A stretch of 64,000 nucleotides of DNA from the NCBI GenBank assembly GCA_963740685.1, contig CAVUGA010000017.1, forward strand, positions 4,627-68,626, in the 5' to 3' direction. Of this stretch, positions 9,653 to 18,504 are shown in pieces. The DNA comes from an uncultured Solirubrobacterales bacterium. Lineage in GTDB: Bacteria > Actinomycetota > Thermoleophilia > Solirubrobacterales > 70-9. Under the pieces are notes generated by a model that did no database searches, was not told the origin of the DNA, and saw only the letters and a program-made list of their open reading frames with translations. The position numbers and the translations under genes were made by a program. The number at the start of each line of letters is the position of its first letter. Position 1 is the stretch's first letter.

Positions 9653-10069
9653 ATGGCCCTGAAGAAGATCGGGCTGGTCACCGCATCGGCGCTCTGCTCC
9701 ATCAATCTGTGGACGGGGGCGCCGCTGTTCGCGGTCTGGGTGGGTTCAAAGATCCAGGGCAACCTGAACAACCTGAGTATGACCGCCGTCTTCTCGGTGA
9801 TCGTGGTCCTGGCGGCGATGGTCTTCCTGCTCGCCTGGGCGCTGACCTGGCTGAACGCCAGGTATGACGACCTCACCGGAAGGCACCCGGAGGCTCGCCA
9901 CACCTCGCCTTGGTTGCGCAGCATGCGCGACGAACGGGAGCATGACGTTCGCGAGAAGTACGGGATCAGCCCCGTCGAGCGCATGGTCGTGATCTGCGCG
10001 GTCGCCGGCGTGCTCGCGTTCGAGCTCTGGTTCTTCTTCTTCGCCGGCTCCTCGCTCCCCAATGGCTGA
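9653..10069 (+). CDS. membrane protein (2 TM helices)
   Basis: Hydrophobic helices LCSINLWTGAPLFAVWVG and VFSVIVVLAAMVFLLAWALTWL, plus a C-terminal helix. Overlaps next gene by 8 nt. Confidence 0.55.
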   Translation: MALKKIGLVTASALCSINLWTGAPLFAVWVGSKIQGNLNNLSMTAVFSVIVVLAAMVFLLAWALTWLNARYDDLTGRHPEARHTSPWLRSMRDEREHDVREKYGISPVERMVVICAVAGVLAFELWFFFFAGSSLPNG

Positions 10070-10685
10070 GCGAATCGCCGTTCCTCCGCGGCGAGCCCGG
10101 GAAGCTGAGCTGCCGCAGCTCGCCAGGATGCTCGCGCGCGCGTTCCTCGAAGACCCCGTCGCCGTCTGGTCGTGCCGGCCGGATCGTCTGCGGCCCCGCG
10201 TGCTGGAGCGGGTGTTCGCGATGCGCCTGCGAGACCTGCACGCCCACGGAGAGACCTGGACCACCGACGATCTGCAGAGCGTCGCCGTCTGGGCCCCGCC
10301 CGACCGGTGGCACACGACCCCGCGACAGGACCTGGCCTACGCCTCCACCCTCCTTCACCCGCGGCTCCTTCTTCGCATGCCGATGGTGGTCCGGGGCCTG
10401 CTTGGGATCGAGGGACTCCACCCGGAGGAGCCGCCCCACTGGTACCTGGCGATTCTCGGCACCGACCCGGCGGCCCAGGGACGTGGCCTCGGCTCGGCGA
10501 TGATGCGGCCGGTGCTGGAGGAGTGCGACCGGGACGGCGTCGGCGCCTACCTGGAGTCATCGAAGGAGCAGAACCTGGACTTCTACGCGCGGCACGGCTT
10601 CCGTGTCACGGCCGAGAGAGGCCTGCCGCGCGGCCCCCGCCTCTGGCCGATGTGGCGAAGGCCGCGCGGAAATCAATGCGTATAG
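10062..10685 (+). CDS. GNAT family N-acetyltransferase
   Basis: Acetyl-CoA motif LAILGTDPAAQGRGLGSAMMRPVLEECDRDGVGAYLESS..NLDFYARHGF. Confidence 0.8.
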   Translation: MAERIAVPPRRAREAELPQLARMLARAFLEDPVAVWSCRPDRLRPRVLERVFAMRLRDLHAHGETWTTDDLQSVAVWAPPDRWHTTPRQDLAYASTLLHPRLLLRMPMVVRGLLGIEGLHPEEPPHWYLAILGTDPAAQGRGLGSAMMRPVLEECDRDGVGAYLESSKEQNLDFYARHGFRVTAERGLPRGPRLWPMWRRPRGNQCV

Positions 10686-11447
10686 CTGATCAGATCCTCT
10701 CGCTCGGACTCTCCTGAGACCGACACCGCGACTACAGGCCCGACCCCCTTTGCGTAGAGCTTGTACTCGGACACGGTCGGCTCGATCGGACTCGTGTCGT
10801 CGATCAGGATCGCATCCGTGAAATGCCCGGCCGGCGCCTCGACCTGCTGGTCCAGCGCCAGCACCCTGGCGCGGTCCTCCGCGTGACCCTTGTAGTACTC
10901 CTCGCGATAGGTCAGCCCGACCGACGGGTGGGCGGGCATCGCAATGCCGGCGTCGGCGCCGCTCCTCCCGGCCTCGAAGGAGCCGCTCGTGTCCTTCTTG
11001 CCGTTCTCGATCGACGCGGTGTCCTCGCCGAAGTACCAGATGTTGCCCTCCTTGTCCTGGGCGTACCAGTCGTCCGTGATCTCGGTCGGCTTCCCGTTCG
11101 TGTAGACGACGTCGTGGACCACCCTTGCGGTGACGCCGTCGGCGATCGCCTTGGTCCTGTTCTCGGCCGTGATCGTCTCGGTCAGATTCTCGCCCTGCGG
11201 GTTGGTCACCCGGACGTGCCACTGCGCGCCGACGGGCATCGGCCAGTAGGGATTGTCGATCTGGGTGCTGAAGTCCGCCGGATTCAGGTTGGACGGCTCA
11301 CTCGTCTGCGGGAGGGTGTTGGTGCCGGACTGGGCGGCCGCCTGGGTCGTATCGCCCCCTGACGAAACCGCACCCGGCGAGCGCGAGGAGCAGGACGGTG
11401 ATGCTCGCCGCTGCGGCTCCCCCGCACATGATCGCTCGGGCGTTCAT
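10673..11447 (-). pseudogene. lipoprotein whose signal peptide/lipobox is out of frame with the mature domain (G5 run, 11355..11359)
   Basis: ATG at 11447 encodes MNARAIMCGGAAAASITVLLLALAGCGFVR. The conserved body (GDTTQAAAQSG...PYWPMPVGAQW...) continues in the +1 frame with no ATG/GTG/TTG before Met at 11239. Confidence 0.6.
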
Positions 11448-11510
11448 CTAGTTCTCCATTCGGTCGTTTGGTGATTGCGCGACCGGTTCTACGGACGCCG
11501 AATGAACCGA

Positions 11511-11577
11511 CCGTGAAAAGACACCCGGGGTCAGGTCTTGCAATCCAACATGTCGCAATGCAAGACCTGACCCCGGG
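11511..11577 (-). terminator. intrinsic terminator of the TCS/ABC operon; stem contains the kinase stop codon
   Basis: 19-bp perfect inverted repeat (11524..11542 / 11559..11577), 16-nt loop, followed on the minus strand by CTTTTC. Confidence 0.6.
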
Positions 11578-12937
11578 GGAGACCCCGGGGGAGGTTGATC
11601 CAGACGTCCGCGCCGCTGTCGTCGCGGTTCGCGGCGTGAGCGCTGCCTCGGTGGGCGTGTGCGATCGCGTCGACGATCGCCAGGCCGAGCCCTATGCCGT
11701 CCCCGCCGCGAGCCGGATCTGCGCGGCTGAAGCGCTCGAAGGCGCGGGCGAGGTACTCGGGTGGGAAGCCAGGGCCGCGATCGGAGACATGGATCTCGAG
11801 GCCGTCGTCGGCCACGGCGGTGCTCAGCGTGATCTCCCCCGCCCCATGCTCGATCGCATTCTCGATCAGGTTGGTGAGCGCCTGCTCCAGCCGGACCGGA
11901 TCGGCGTCGACGACCAAGCCGTCGGCCGGCTCCACGGTGAGCGAGCGGCCCGACTCGACCAGGCGCGAGGCGAACCGCTCCCGCACATCGCCGAGCAGAT
12001 CGGCGACGCGCACCCGGCGAAGGTGAAGCGCCAGCTTGCCCTGCTGCGAGCGGGCCAGGACGAGCAGGTCCTCGGCCAGCGCGCTGAGGCGGTCGACCTC
12101 GACGATCGCCGAGGCGATGGCCGCACGCATCTCATCGGGGGTCTTCGCGTACCGCAGCGCCAATTCGAGCTCGGTCTTGTGCAGGGCCAGGGGCGTTCGA
12201 AGCTCATGGCTCGCGTCGTCGACGAAGGTGCGCTCGCGCTCCAGGGCGGCCTCGAGCCGCCCGAGCATTCCGTTCAGCGTCTCACCGAGGCGGCGGAGCT
12301 CATCGTGGGCCTCCGGGAGTGGCAGGCGCTGGTCGGGCTCGGCCGCCGAGATCTCCGCGGCGCGCCGGCGCATCGTCTCGACCGGCCGCAGCGCCGTGCC
12401 CGAGACCGCGTATCCGGCCAGGGACGCGAGCAGGAGGGCAACGGGCCCACCGATCAGGAGGATCGTCGTCAGGTTCCGAAGCGACTCGTTCCGGTCGTCC
12501 AGCGAGGCGGCGACCACCACAACGAAGGTCCTGCCGCGCCCCTGGGCGGGCCTCGCAAGCAGCCTCGCCTGGCCGGTGATGCTGCGGACGTGCGGGCGCG
12601 TGACGAGGAAGGACACCTGGGCGGCGCGCGCCGCCTCGGCGGGCGAGAGCTGCGGGTGATTCGCCAGCTGGTCGGTGGTGGCGTAGATGGCGCCGCCGGA
12701 CGTCAGAACCTGGGCGAAGCTCTCCTCCCGGCCGAGCAGGTTCGTGGACTTGCTGAGGTCCTTCCGCGCAACGAGCGACGCGATGTCGTCTCCGTGCGAG
12801 CGAAGGCTCTGGTCGATCTGCTCGCTGAGCTCCGTCTTGAAGCGCGAGTAGACGAAGACACCGAGTGCGGTCAGCAGGATGGCCATCACGATCGTGAAGG
12901 CGAGGGTCACCCTGAGCCTGATCGGAATGCGACTCAC
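11531..12937 (-). CDS. sensor histidine kinase (HAMP-HisKA-HATPase)
   Basis: H-box FVDDASHELRTPL, N-box NLIENAIEH, G-boxes DRGPGF / GLGLAIV. Two TM helices. Confidence 0.9.
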   Translation of the reverse strand: MSRIPIRLRVTLAFTIVMAILLTALGVFVYSRFKTELSEQIDQSLRSHGDDIASLVARKDLSKSTNLLGREESFAQVLTSGGAIYATTDQLANHPQLSPAEAARAAQVSFLVTRPHVRSITGQARLLARPAQGRGRTFVVVVAASLDDRNESLRNLTTILLIGGPVALLLASLAGYAVSGTALRPVETMRRRAAEISAAEPDQRLPLPEAHDELRRLGETLNGMLGRLEAALERERTFVDDASHELRTPLALHKTELELALRYAKTPDEMRAAIASAIVEVDRLSALAEDLLVLARSQQGKLALHLRRVRVADLLGDVRERFASRLVESGRSLTVEPADGLVVDADPVRLEQALTNLIENAIEHGAGEITLSTAVADDGLEIHVSDRGPGFPPEYLARAFERFSRADPARGGDGIGLGLAIVDAIAHAHRGSAHAANRDDSGADVWINLPRGLPRGQVLHCDMLDCKT

Positions 12938-13617
12938 GCCGATCCGCCGTCCTCGCGCAGCCGGTAGCCAGCGCCGCGCACGGTCTTGATCGACTCGACT
13001 CCGAACGGCTTGTCGATCTTGCGACGCAGAAGCCGCACGTAGGAGTCGACGATGTTCGAGCGATTCTCGTACTCGTAGTCCCAGGCGTGCTCGAGCAGCT
13101 GAAAGCGGGAGAGAACCTCGCCCGGGCGCCGCATGAAGACCTCGAGGACGGCGAACTCCTTCGCCGAGAGCTCGATCTCCTCATCCCCTCGCCAGACCTG
13201 GCGCATGGCGGGGTCCAGGCGAAGGTCGCCGACCCGGAGCTCGGGCGAGCGCTGCCCGTTGCCCCGCCTGGCGAGGGCTCTCAGGCGCGCCAGCAGCTCG
13301 GCGTAGGAGAAGGGCTTGACGAGGTAGTCGTCGGCTCCGGCGTCGAGCCCCGCCACCCGGTCAGGCACGCCGTCCCGCGCAGTCAGCATCAGGATCGGGG
13401 AGACGACCCCGTCGTCGCGCAGGCGGCGGCAGACCTCGAAACCGTCGATGCCGGGGAGCATCAGATCCAGGACGATCGCGTCGTACTCCGTGGATCCCGC
13501 CATCCAGAGCGCGTCCTCCCCCTCCCCGGCCAGGTCGGCGGCGATCCCCTCCTGTCGCAGTCCCCTGCGGATCAGGCCGGCCATCTTGGACTCGTCCTCG
13601 ACGATCAGCACGCGCAT
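12934..13617 (-). CDS. OmpR-family response regulator
   Basis: Receiver domain (MRVLIVEDE..DLMLPGIDG) plus winged-helix (TVRGAGYRL). 4-nt overlap with the kinase. Confidence 0.92.
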   Translation of the reverse strand: MRVLIVEDESKMAGLIRRGLRQEGIAADLAGEGEDALWMAGSTEYDAIVLDLMLPGIDGFEVCRRLRDDGVVSPILMLTARDGVPDRVAGLDAGADDYLVKPFSYAELLARLRALARRGNGQRSPELRVGDLRLDPAMRQVWRGDEEIELSAKEFAVLEVFMRRPGEVLSRFQLLEHAWDYEYENRSNIVDSYVRLLRRKIDKPFGVESIKTVRGAGYRLREDGGSA

Positions 13618-13681
13618 TTGAGCTCACCGAGATTGTCCCGCGAAGATGAACGCGGGATGAAAGTGCGCCGCTGAGGTCCGG

Positions 13682-14500
13682 CTAGCTCTCCGCCACGTCT
13701 CGGCGCAGGAAGACGAGCGCGGCCGCCGCGAGCGCCGGGAGCCCGTAGAGGGTGCAGACCCAGAGAGAGCGCAGGATCGGGTCCCAGTCGGCGGGGGTGC
13801 GAAGCAGGCCCTGCCAGGCGTTGAACTGGGTGCTGAGCAGATAGGGATGCAGGCCGCTGAGCCCCGGCAGGATGCCCACCAGCTGGACCAGGAGCGAGAA
13901 CATCAGGGTCCCGACGATCGCGGCGCCGCTGTTGCGGAAAACGGTCGAGAGCAGCAGCCCGATGCAGGCGATCGCCAGGATGGGGAGCAGGTAGACCAGC
14001 AGGCTGGCGCCGACCAGCTCGAGGCCCTTCGGCGCCGAGACGACCGTCCCCGAGAGCGTCGTCACCGGGTTGAAGCCGGAGGCGAGGATCCCGGCGCCCA
14101 GCGCCACGGCTCCGGCGATCGCGATCGCGAGGACGGCATAGGTTGCCGCCGCCAGCGCCTTGCCGGCGAAGATCTGGTGGCGCTCGACGGAGCGGGTCAG
14201 GATCATCTTCAGGGTCGCGTTGCGGTCCTCCGAGGCGACGATGTCGCCCGCGACCAGCGCCGTGATCAGCGGGAACAGCCAGATCGAGCCGAACAGCAGG
14301 AGAACGAGGGGGACCGCCAACCCCGTGTCGTGGACGTACTTGCCGAAGGCGACGTCGTTCGGGTGCCCGCCGCCGGTCACGAGGGCGATCACGAAGATGA
14401 TCGGGACCGCGGCCGCGGCCCCAAGGCCGAGGTAGGTCCGCTTCTGCGCACGGAGCTTTCGCAGCTCCCAGCGGTAGACGGTCAGCACACCGGGCCTCAT
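13682..14500 (-). CDS. ABC-2 type transporter permease
   Basis: Six hydrophobic segments. 4-nt overlap with the upstream ATPase gene. Confidence 0.8.
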   Translation of the reverse strand: MRPGVLTVYRWELRKLRAQKRTYLGLGAAAAVPIIFVIALVTGGGHPNDVAFGKYVHDTGLAVPLVLLLFGSIWLFPLITALVAGDIVASEDRNATLKMILTRSVERHQIFAGKALAAATYAVLAIAIAGAVALGAGILASGFNPVTTLSGTVVSAPKGLELVGASLLVYLLPILAIACIGLLLSTVFRNSGAAIVGTLMFSLLVQLVGILPGLSGLHPYLLSTQFNAWQGLLRTPADWDPILRSLWVCTLYGLPALAAAALVFLRRDVAES

Positions 14501-15456
14501 GCCAGCTCCTCGATCAGCTGCTTCGTGTGCGCCGCCCGGTGGGCGCCATCGCCCTCCGTGAGCTGGAAGAAGAGGTCCTCGAGCGTGGCCTGCTGCGGAG
14601 TCAGCTCAACCGTCGGCGCACCCGATTCGGCAAGGGCGACCGAGAGGGCCGCGACGGCGTCCTCGCCTTCTGCCTTGAACACGAGTCCGCCATCGGATGT
14701 CGCAAGCTCCTCGATCCCCGGCTGGGCCGCGCAGACGCTCCTGGCCCTCGCATCGTCGGTGGTCCGCAGCCGGTAGCTGACTCCGGCCTTGCTGCGAAGC
14801 TCGGCAAGGGACCCCTCGTAGGCCACCTTCCCGCTGCGGATGATCGCGACGCGGTTGCATAGCTCCTCCACCTCGTTCATCTGATGGCTGGAGAGCAACA
14901 CCGTGATCCCGCGCTCGCCGAGATCGCGGATCAGCATCCGCATGTCTCGCATCCCCGCCGGATCAAGCCCGGTGGCCGGCTCGTCCAGCAGCAGCAGGCG
15001 AGGGCTGCGAAGCAGCGCCGATGCAATGCCCAGGCGCTGCCTCATGCCGTGCGAATAGCCCTTGACCTTGTCCTTCGCGCGGTCTCGGAGCTCCACGATC
15101 TCCAAGACCTCATTAATCGCCGCCCTGCCCTCCCCGCCGTCGAGCGCCGCACAGAGCTTCAAGTTGTCCAGCCCACTCAGGTATGGGTAGAACATCGGCG
15201 CCTCGACGAAGCCCGCCACCCCGTCCAGCGCCGCGACGCTGATCTGCGGATCACGGCCAAATAGCCGCACGGATCCCGCGGTCGGCCGGATCAGTCCCAG
15301 CATCATCCGCAGCGAGGTCGTCTTGCCGGCTCCGTTCGGCCCCAAATAGCCGAACACGTCCCCAGGGTTGACGGTCAGGTCGACGTCATCGACCGCGGTG
15401 ATCTCCCCGTAGCGCTTGACGAGCCCCCGGACCTCAATCGGCGGAGACTCCGCCAT
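14497..15456 (-). CDS. ABC transporter ATP-binding protein
   Basis: Walker A GPNGAGKTT, signature YSHGMRQRL, Walker B LLLLDEP. Confidence 0.9.
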   Translation of the reverse strand: MAESPPIEVRGLVKRYGEITAVDDVDLTVNPGDVFGYLGPNGAGKTTSLRMMLGLIRPTAGSVRLFGRDPQISVAALDGVAGFVEAPMFYPYLSGLDNLKLCAALDGGEGRAAINEVLEIVELRDRAKDKVKGYSHGMRQRLGIASALLRSPRLLLLDEPATGLDPAGMRDMRMLIRDLGERGITVLLSSHQMNEVEELCNRVAIIRSGKVAYEGSLAELRSKAGVSYRLRTTDDARARSVCAAQPGIEELATSDGGLVFKAEGEDAVAALSVALAESGAPTVELTPQQATLEDLFFQLTEGDGAHRAAHTKQLIEELA

Positions 15457-15459
15457 CGA

Positions 15460-16674
15460 CTACAGGTCTTGCGCGGCGGCCAGCACCGTGGCCGGCGGAG
15501 CCGAGGCGAGAACCGTGTAATGCACGCCGTTGCGCTGGAACGTCACCATAGTCCCGAGGGCGGTGTCGAGCTCCTGGCCCTGGGCTCCGTTCACGGACAC
15601 CTGCGGAAGGCTGAGCTGACCGTGATCGCCGCCGCTTGATGCAGACGAGCCGTGAGACGCATCGGCCGGCTGCTCGATCACCGCGAGCCCGCCAAGGCCC
15701 TTCCCATAGGTGATCAGCGCTCCGCCGTCCTTTCCGCTCTGGATGAGCCGGACCTCATTCTGCGGAAGGCCCGCGAGCGTGTCGGGGGCGCTGACAGGGA
15801 AGGAGGTCTGCTGCTGAACTGCCTGCAGGCCGGTGACCGGATTCGCATCGCCCGTCCCGTTGTCGCGGTGGGCGGGCGGGCTGACGTCGGTGACCTGGGC
15901 ATCGGGCGGCGGAGTGACGTTGAAGACCGAAGATGCAACGTCGCCGTAGGAGATGTCTGTGACCTTCAGCTCGAGCACCGGCGAGCTGTCGCCCTTCGCG
16001 TAGACGGCGACGCGCAGGGGCGTGCCGTGGGTCGCGTCCCAGGCGAGCTCGGCGCCGCCGAGAAGCCCGGCGTTGCTCTTGGGCTCGACGCGGACGGTGT
16101 AGGCCGGCTGGCCTGCGATATCGGTCGGCTCGGCTCCACCTACCGCGGCGTGCTCCGCGAGCCTCGCGATTCCCTTCTTGACCTGATCGAGCGAAGGCGG
16201 CTGCTCCTTAGCCGAGCTTGCCCCGTCGGCGCCGCCATGATCGGCGGGGAGGGTTCCCTTGTACACCGTGTTGGATCCGGAGTCGTAGACGAACCAGCTG
16301 TGTCCGTCCGAGAGCACCTGGCTGTCGCTCGTGGCGCCCTCGGCATTCGAGTCCGCCTGGAGCTCGAGGCGGAACTGCCCATCGGAGGTGGCCCATAGCC
16401 GTCCGGAAGCGCCTGTCAGAAGCGGATCCGCTCCCTGCACGCTGGAGCCGGCGATCAGATCGTTTGTGAAGTGGATGCGCGCGGTGATTCCCTGGACGGC
16501 GGGAGCCGTGAGGGCATCGTGCACTGCCACCGGCAGGGGCTCCGCCGGGGGCTTCGGCCCGCCGCCGCTCGCGGCCATGGCAATCGCCGTGGCACCGGCC
16601 CCTACCGCGACAGTCGCCGCGCAGAGGGCCAGCAGCCGGCGGGTGGAGATGCGACGGAGATACTTCATCGCCAC
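15460..16674 (-). CDS. exported LolA/RseB-like (lipoprotein-carrier fold) protein
   Basis: Signal peptide. GRLWATSDGQFRLELQ..SWFVYDSGSNTVYKG pattern typical of LolA-like/DUF2092 proteins. ATG at 16668 is an alternative start. Confidence 0.6.
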   Translation of the reverse strand: MAMKYLRRISTRRLLALCAATVAVGAGATAIAMAASGGGPKPPAEPLPVAVHDALTAPAVQGITARIHFTNDLIAGSSVQGADPLLTGASGRLWATSDGQFRLELQADSNAEGATSDSQVLSDGHSWFVYDSGSNTVYKGTLPADHGGADGASSAKEQPPSLDQVKKGIARLAEHAAVGGAEPTDIAGQPAYTVRVEPKSNAGLLGGAELAWDATHGTPLRVAVYAKGDSSPVLELKVTDISYGDVASSVFNVTPPPDAQVTDVSPPAHRDNGTGDANPVTGLQAVQQQTSFPVSAPDTLAGLPQNEVRLIQSGKDGGALITYGKGLGGLAVIEQPADASHGSSASSGGDHGQLSLPQVSVNGAQGQELDTALGTMVTFQRNGVHYTVLASAPPATVLAAAQDL

Positions 16675-16710
16675 AAAGGCTACGCCTCGTCCCTAAGGAA
16701 CATTCGAGAT

Positions 16711-16878
16711 TCAGTGCTCATGATGCGCAAGCCAGGCCGCCCAGCCGAACAACGCCAACGCTCCGAAGGTCAAGATCGCGCTCGCTGGGACGGCGCCATG
16801 GAGCATCGAGCTGAAGGCGAGCAACGCGCAGACGAATCCCCCCCAAGCGCTCGTGCCCCAGATAGGTCGGAGATTCAT
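16711..16878 (-). CDS. small membrane protein, 55 aa (below the ORF-track cut-off)
   Basis: MNLRPIWGTSAWGGFVCALLAFSSMLHGAVPASAILTFGALALFGWAAWLAHHEH has two hydrophobic helices. AAGGA 6 nt upstream of the ATG. Confidence 0.35.
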   Translation of the reverse strand: MNLRPIWGTSAWGGFVCALLAFSSMLHGAVPASAILTFGALALFGWAAWLAHHEH

Positions 16879-16980
16879 GATCGTCCTTATCCCGTCTCCT
16901 CCAACTTGACGCAGGTTCGCGTGAGCAGGTAAACGCCACGTGAAAGCTTGTTAAGTGAGCCGCGCAGCTAGCCTGCGCCG

Positions 16981-17634
16981 GTGGCCGACATCACGACGAT
17001 CGCCGAGCTCGGGACCGCCGGGGGCACCCTGATCCTGGCGATTGCGACGTTCGGCGCGGTGCGGTCGGCGAACCGGGCCGCGCGGGTAGCCGAGCGCTCG
17101 CTGCAGCTCGGCCTACGCCCCCTTGTGGTGCAGTCGCGGCCCGAGGACCCTCCGGAGCCCGCGATCTTCGGATCCGGAAAGACGCTGATGCCCGGCAACG
17201 GCCTGGCGTCCATCGAGCGGGCGGGGGACACCATCTACATGGCGATCCCGCTGCGCAACGTCGGCGCCGGCATGGCGGTCCTGCACGGCTGGCACATCGT
17301 CGAGGGATGGGCACGTGAGCGCGGCGAGACGCATCCCGAGCTCCAGGACTTCAGGCAGCAGCTTCGCGACCTCTACATCCCGCCCTCGGACACCGGCTTC
17401 TGGCAGGCGAGGATCGCCCAAGCGGACGATCCCTACCGTGCGCCGGTCGAGGCGGTCCTCGACGGCGAGGCGGAGGGGGTCGGGATCTTCCTCCTCTACG
17501 GAGATCACGAGGGCGGTCAGCGGACGATCAGCCGCTTCGGGCTGCGGCCCCACGAGGAGGAGGGCCGCTGGATCTGCTCGGTGACCCGACATTGGAACCT
17601 CGAGGGCCCCGACCCTCGGGCCGACGCGCGCTAG
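16981..17634 (+). CDS. hypothetical protein with N-terminal TM helix
   Basis: Long ORF with coding-like composition. No family recognised. Confidence 0.5.
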   Translation: MADITTIAELGTAGGTLILAIATFGAVRSANRAARVAERSLQLGLRPLVVQSRPEDPPEPAIFGSGKTLMPGNGLASIERAGDTIYMAIPLRNVGAGMAVLHGWHIVEGWARERGETHPELQDFRQQLRDLYIPPSDTGFWQARIAQADDPYRAPVEAVLDGEAEGVGIFLLYGDHEGGQRTISRFGLRPHEEEGRWICSVTRHWNLEGPDPRADAR

Positions 17635-18473
17635 GCAAAGCGCTTGACGAAATCGAGCGCGGTCTGCGCGACCTCCTGCCAGCCGGAGTCGATCGTCAGC
17701 GAGTGGCCGCGGTTCGGGATCGCCTTGATCTCGGTCACCGCCGGGTTCCGCTTCTGGCGCTTGTAGGAGGCATTCGCGATCGCCCATGGGACCGTGTGGT
17801 CCTTCTCGCCGTCGATGATCAGCAGCGGGCCGCGGTCGGGATTCTTCGTGTCCACCTTCGCCTCGGTCCACGGGTTCAGGTTGGCGTTCGCCATCTGGTT
17901 CAAGGCGAGCGCCGACGCCGCCACGTGGTATTGGTCGTAGAGCCGCCTCGCCTCGTCATCCGACTCGATTGCGTTCGTCCAGCCGTATCTGAACTGATCG
18001 AAGGTGAGGGTCACCGCGCGGCCGCGATTGAGCGGATTCTTCAGGACCGGCGCCGAGACCTTGAGCGTGGAGACGGGCAGCGGCAGGACGCCGCGGAACG
18101 GGCCTGGATCGATGGCAACCGTTGCGGCGGACAGGCCACGGCCGGCGATTATCTGCGCCAGCAACCCACCGGTGGAGTGCCCCATCAGGACGGGCTTCTT
18201 CTCGAGTGCCTCGATCACCTCGGTCGTGTGGTCGGCGACCTGCCCCAGAGCCTTCTTCGCGAAGACGTCGGGGTTGGCTCTCGCCTGCTCGACGGTCTCG
18301 GGATCGTCCGGCCAGTCCGGGGTGAGCGGCGCGTAGCCGGCCTTCTTGAAGAACTCGGCCCAGTTGGCCCAGCTGCTCGGCAGCAGCCAGAGGCCGTGGA
18401 TGAAGACGACCGGCGTCGTTCCCGACCTGTTGGCCGCCTCGACTTCCGCGCTCTCGCGCTCCGAAATGGGCAT
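17631..18473 (-). CDS. alpha/beta hydrolase
   Basis: VVFIHGLW, nucleophile elbow MGHSTGG, C-terminal NRGHSL. Confidence 0.8.
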   Translation of the reverse strand: MPISERESAEVEAANRSGTTPVVFIHGLWLLPSSWANWAEFFKKAGYAPLTPDWPDDPETVEQARANPDVFAKKALGQVADHTTEVIEALEKKPVLMGHSTGGLLAQIIAGRGLSAATVAIDPGPFRGVLPLPVSTLKVSAPVLKNPLNRGRAVTLTFDQFRYGWTNAIESDDEARRLYDQYHVAASALALNQMANANLNPWTEAKVDTKNPDRGPLLIIDGEKDHTVPWAIANASYKRQKRNPAVTEIKAIPNRGHSLTIDSGWQEVAQTALDFVKRFA

Positions 18474-18504
18474 GCGGCGCGGGAGCCTACTCCCTCACCT
18501 GGAA

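Noticed and set aside
9319-10560. Long ORFs with Arg/Gly/Pro/Ala-rich translations that overlap well-supported genes. Examples: 9319..10560, 11468..12967, 27308..28789, 28474..30015, 35715..37670, 42638..44044, 45866..47578, 49856..51190, 59969..61510, 61170..63110.
   Set aside because: These are typical shadow ORFs of very GC-rich DNA. Each lies opposite to, or out of frame with, a gene that has clear family motifs. Their translations have no recognisable domains and a non-protein-like composition.
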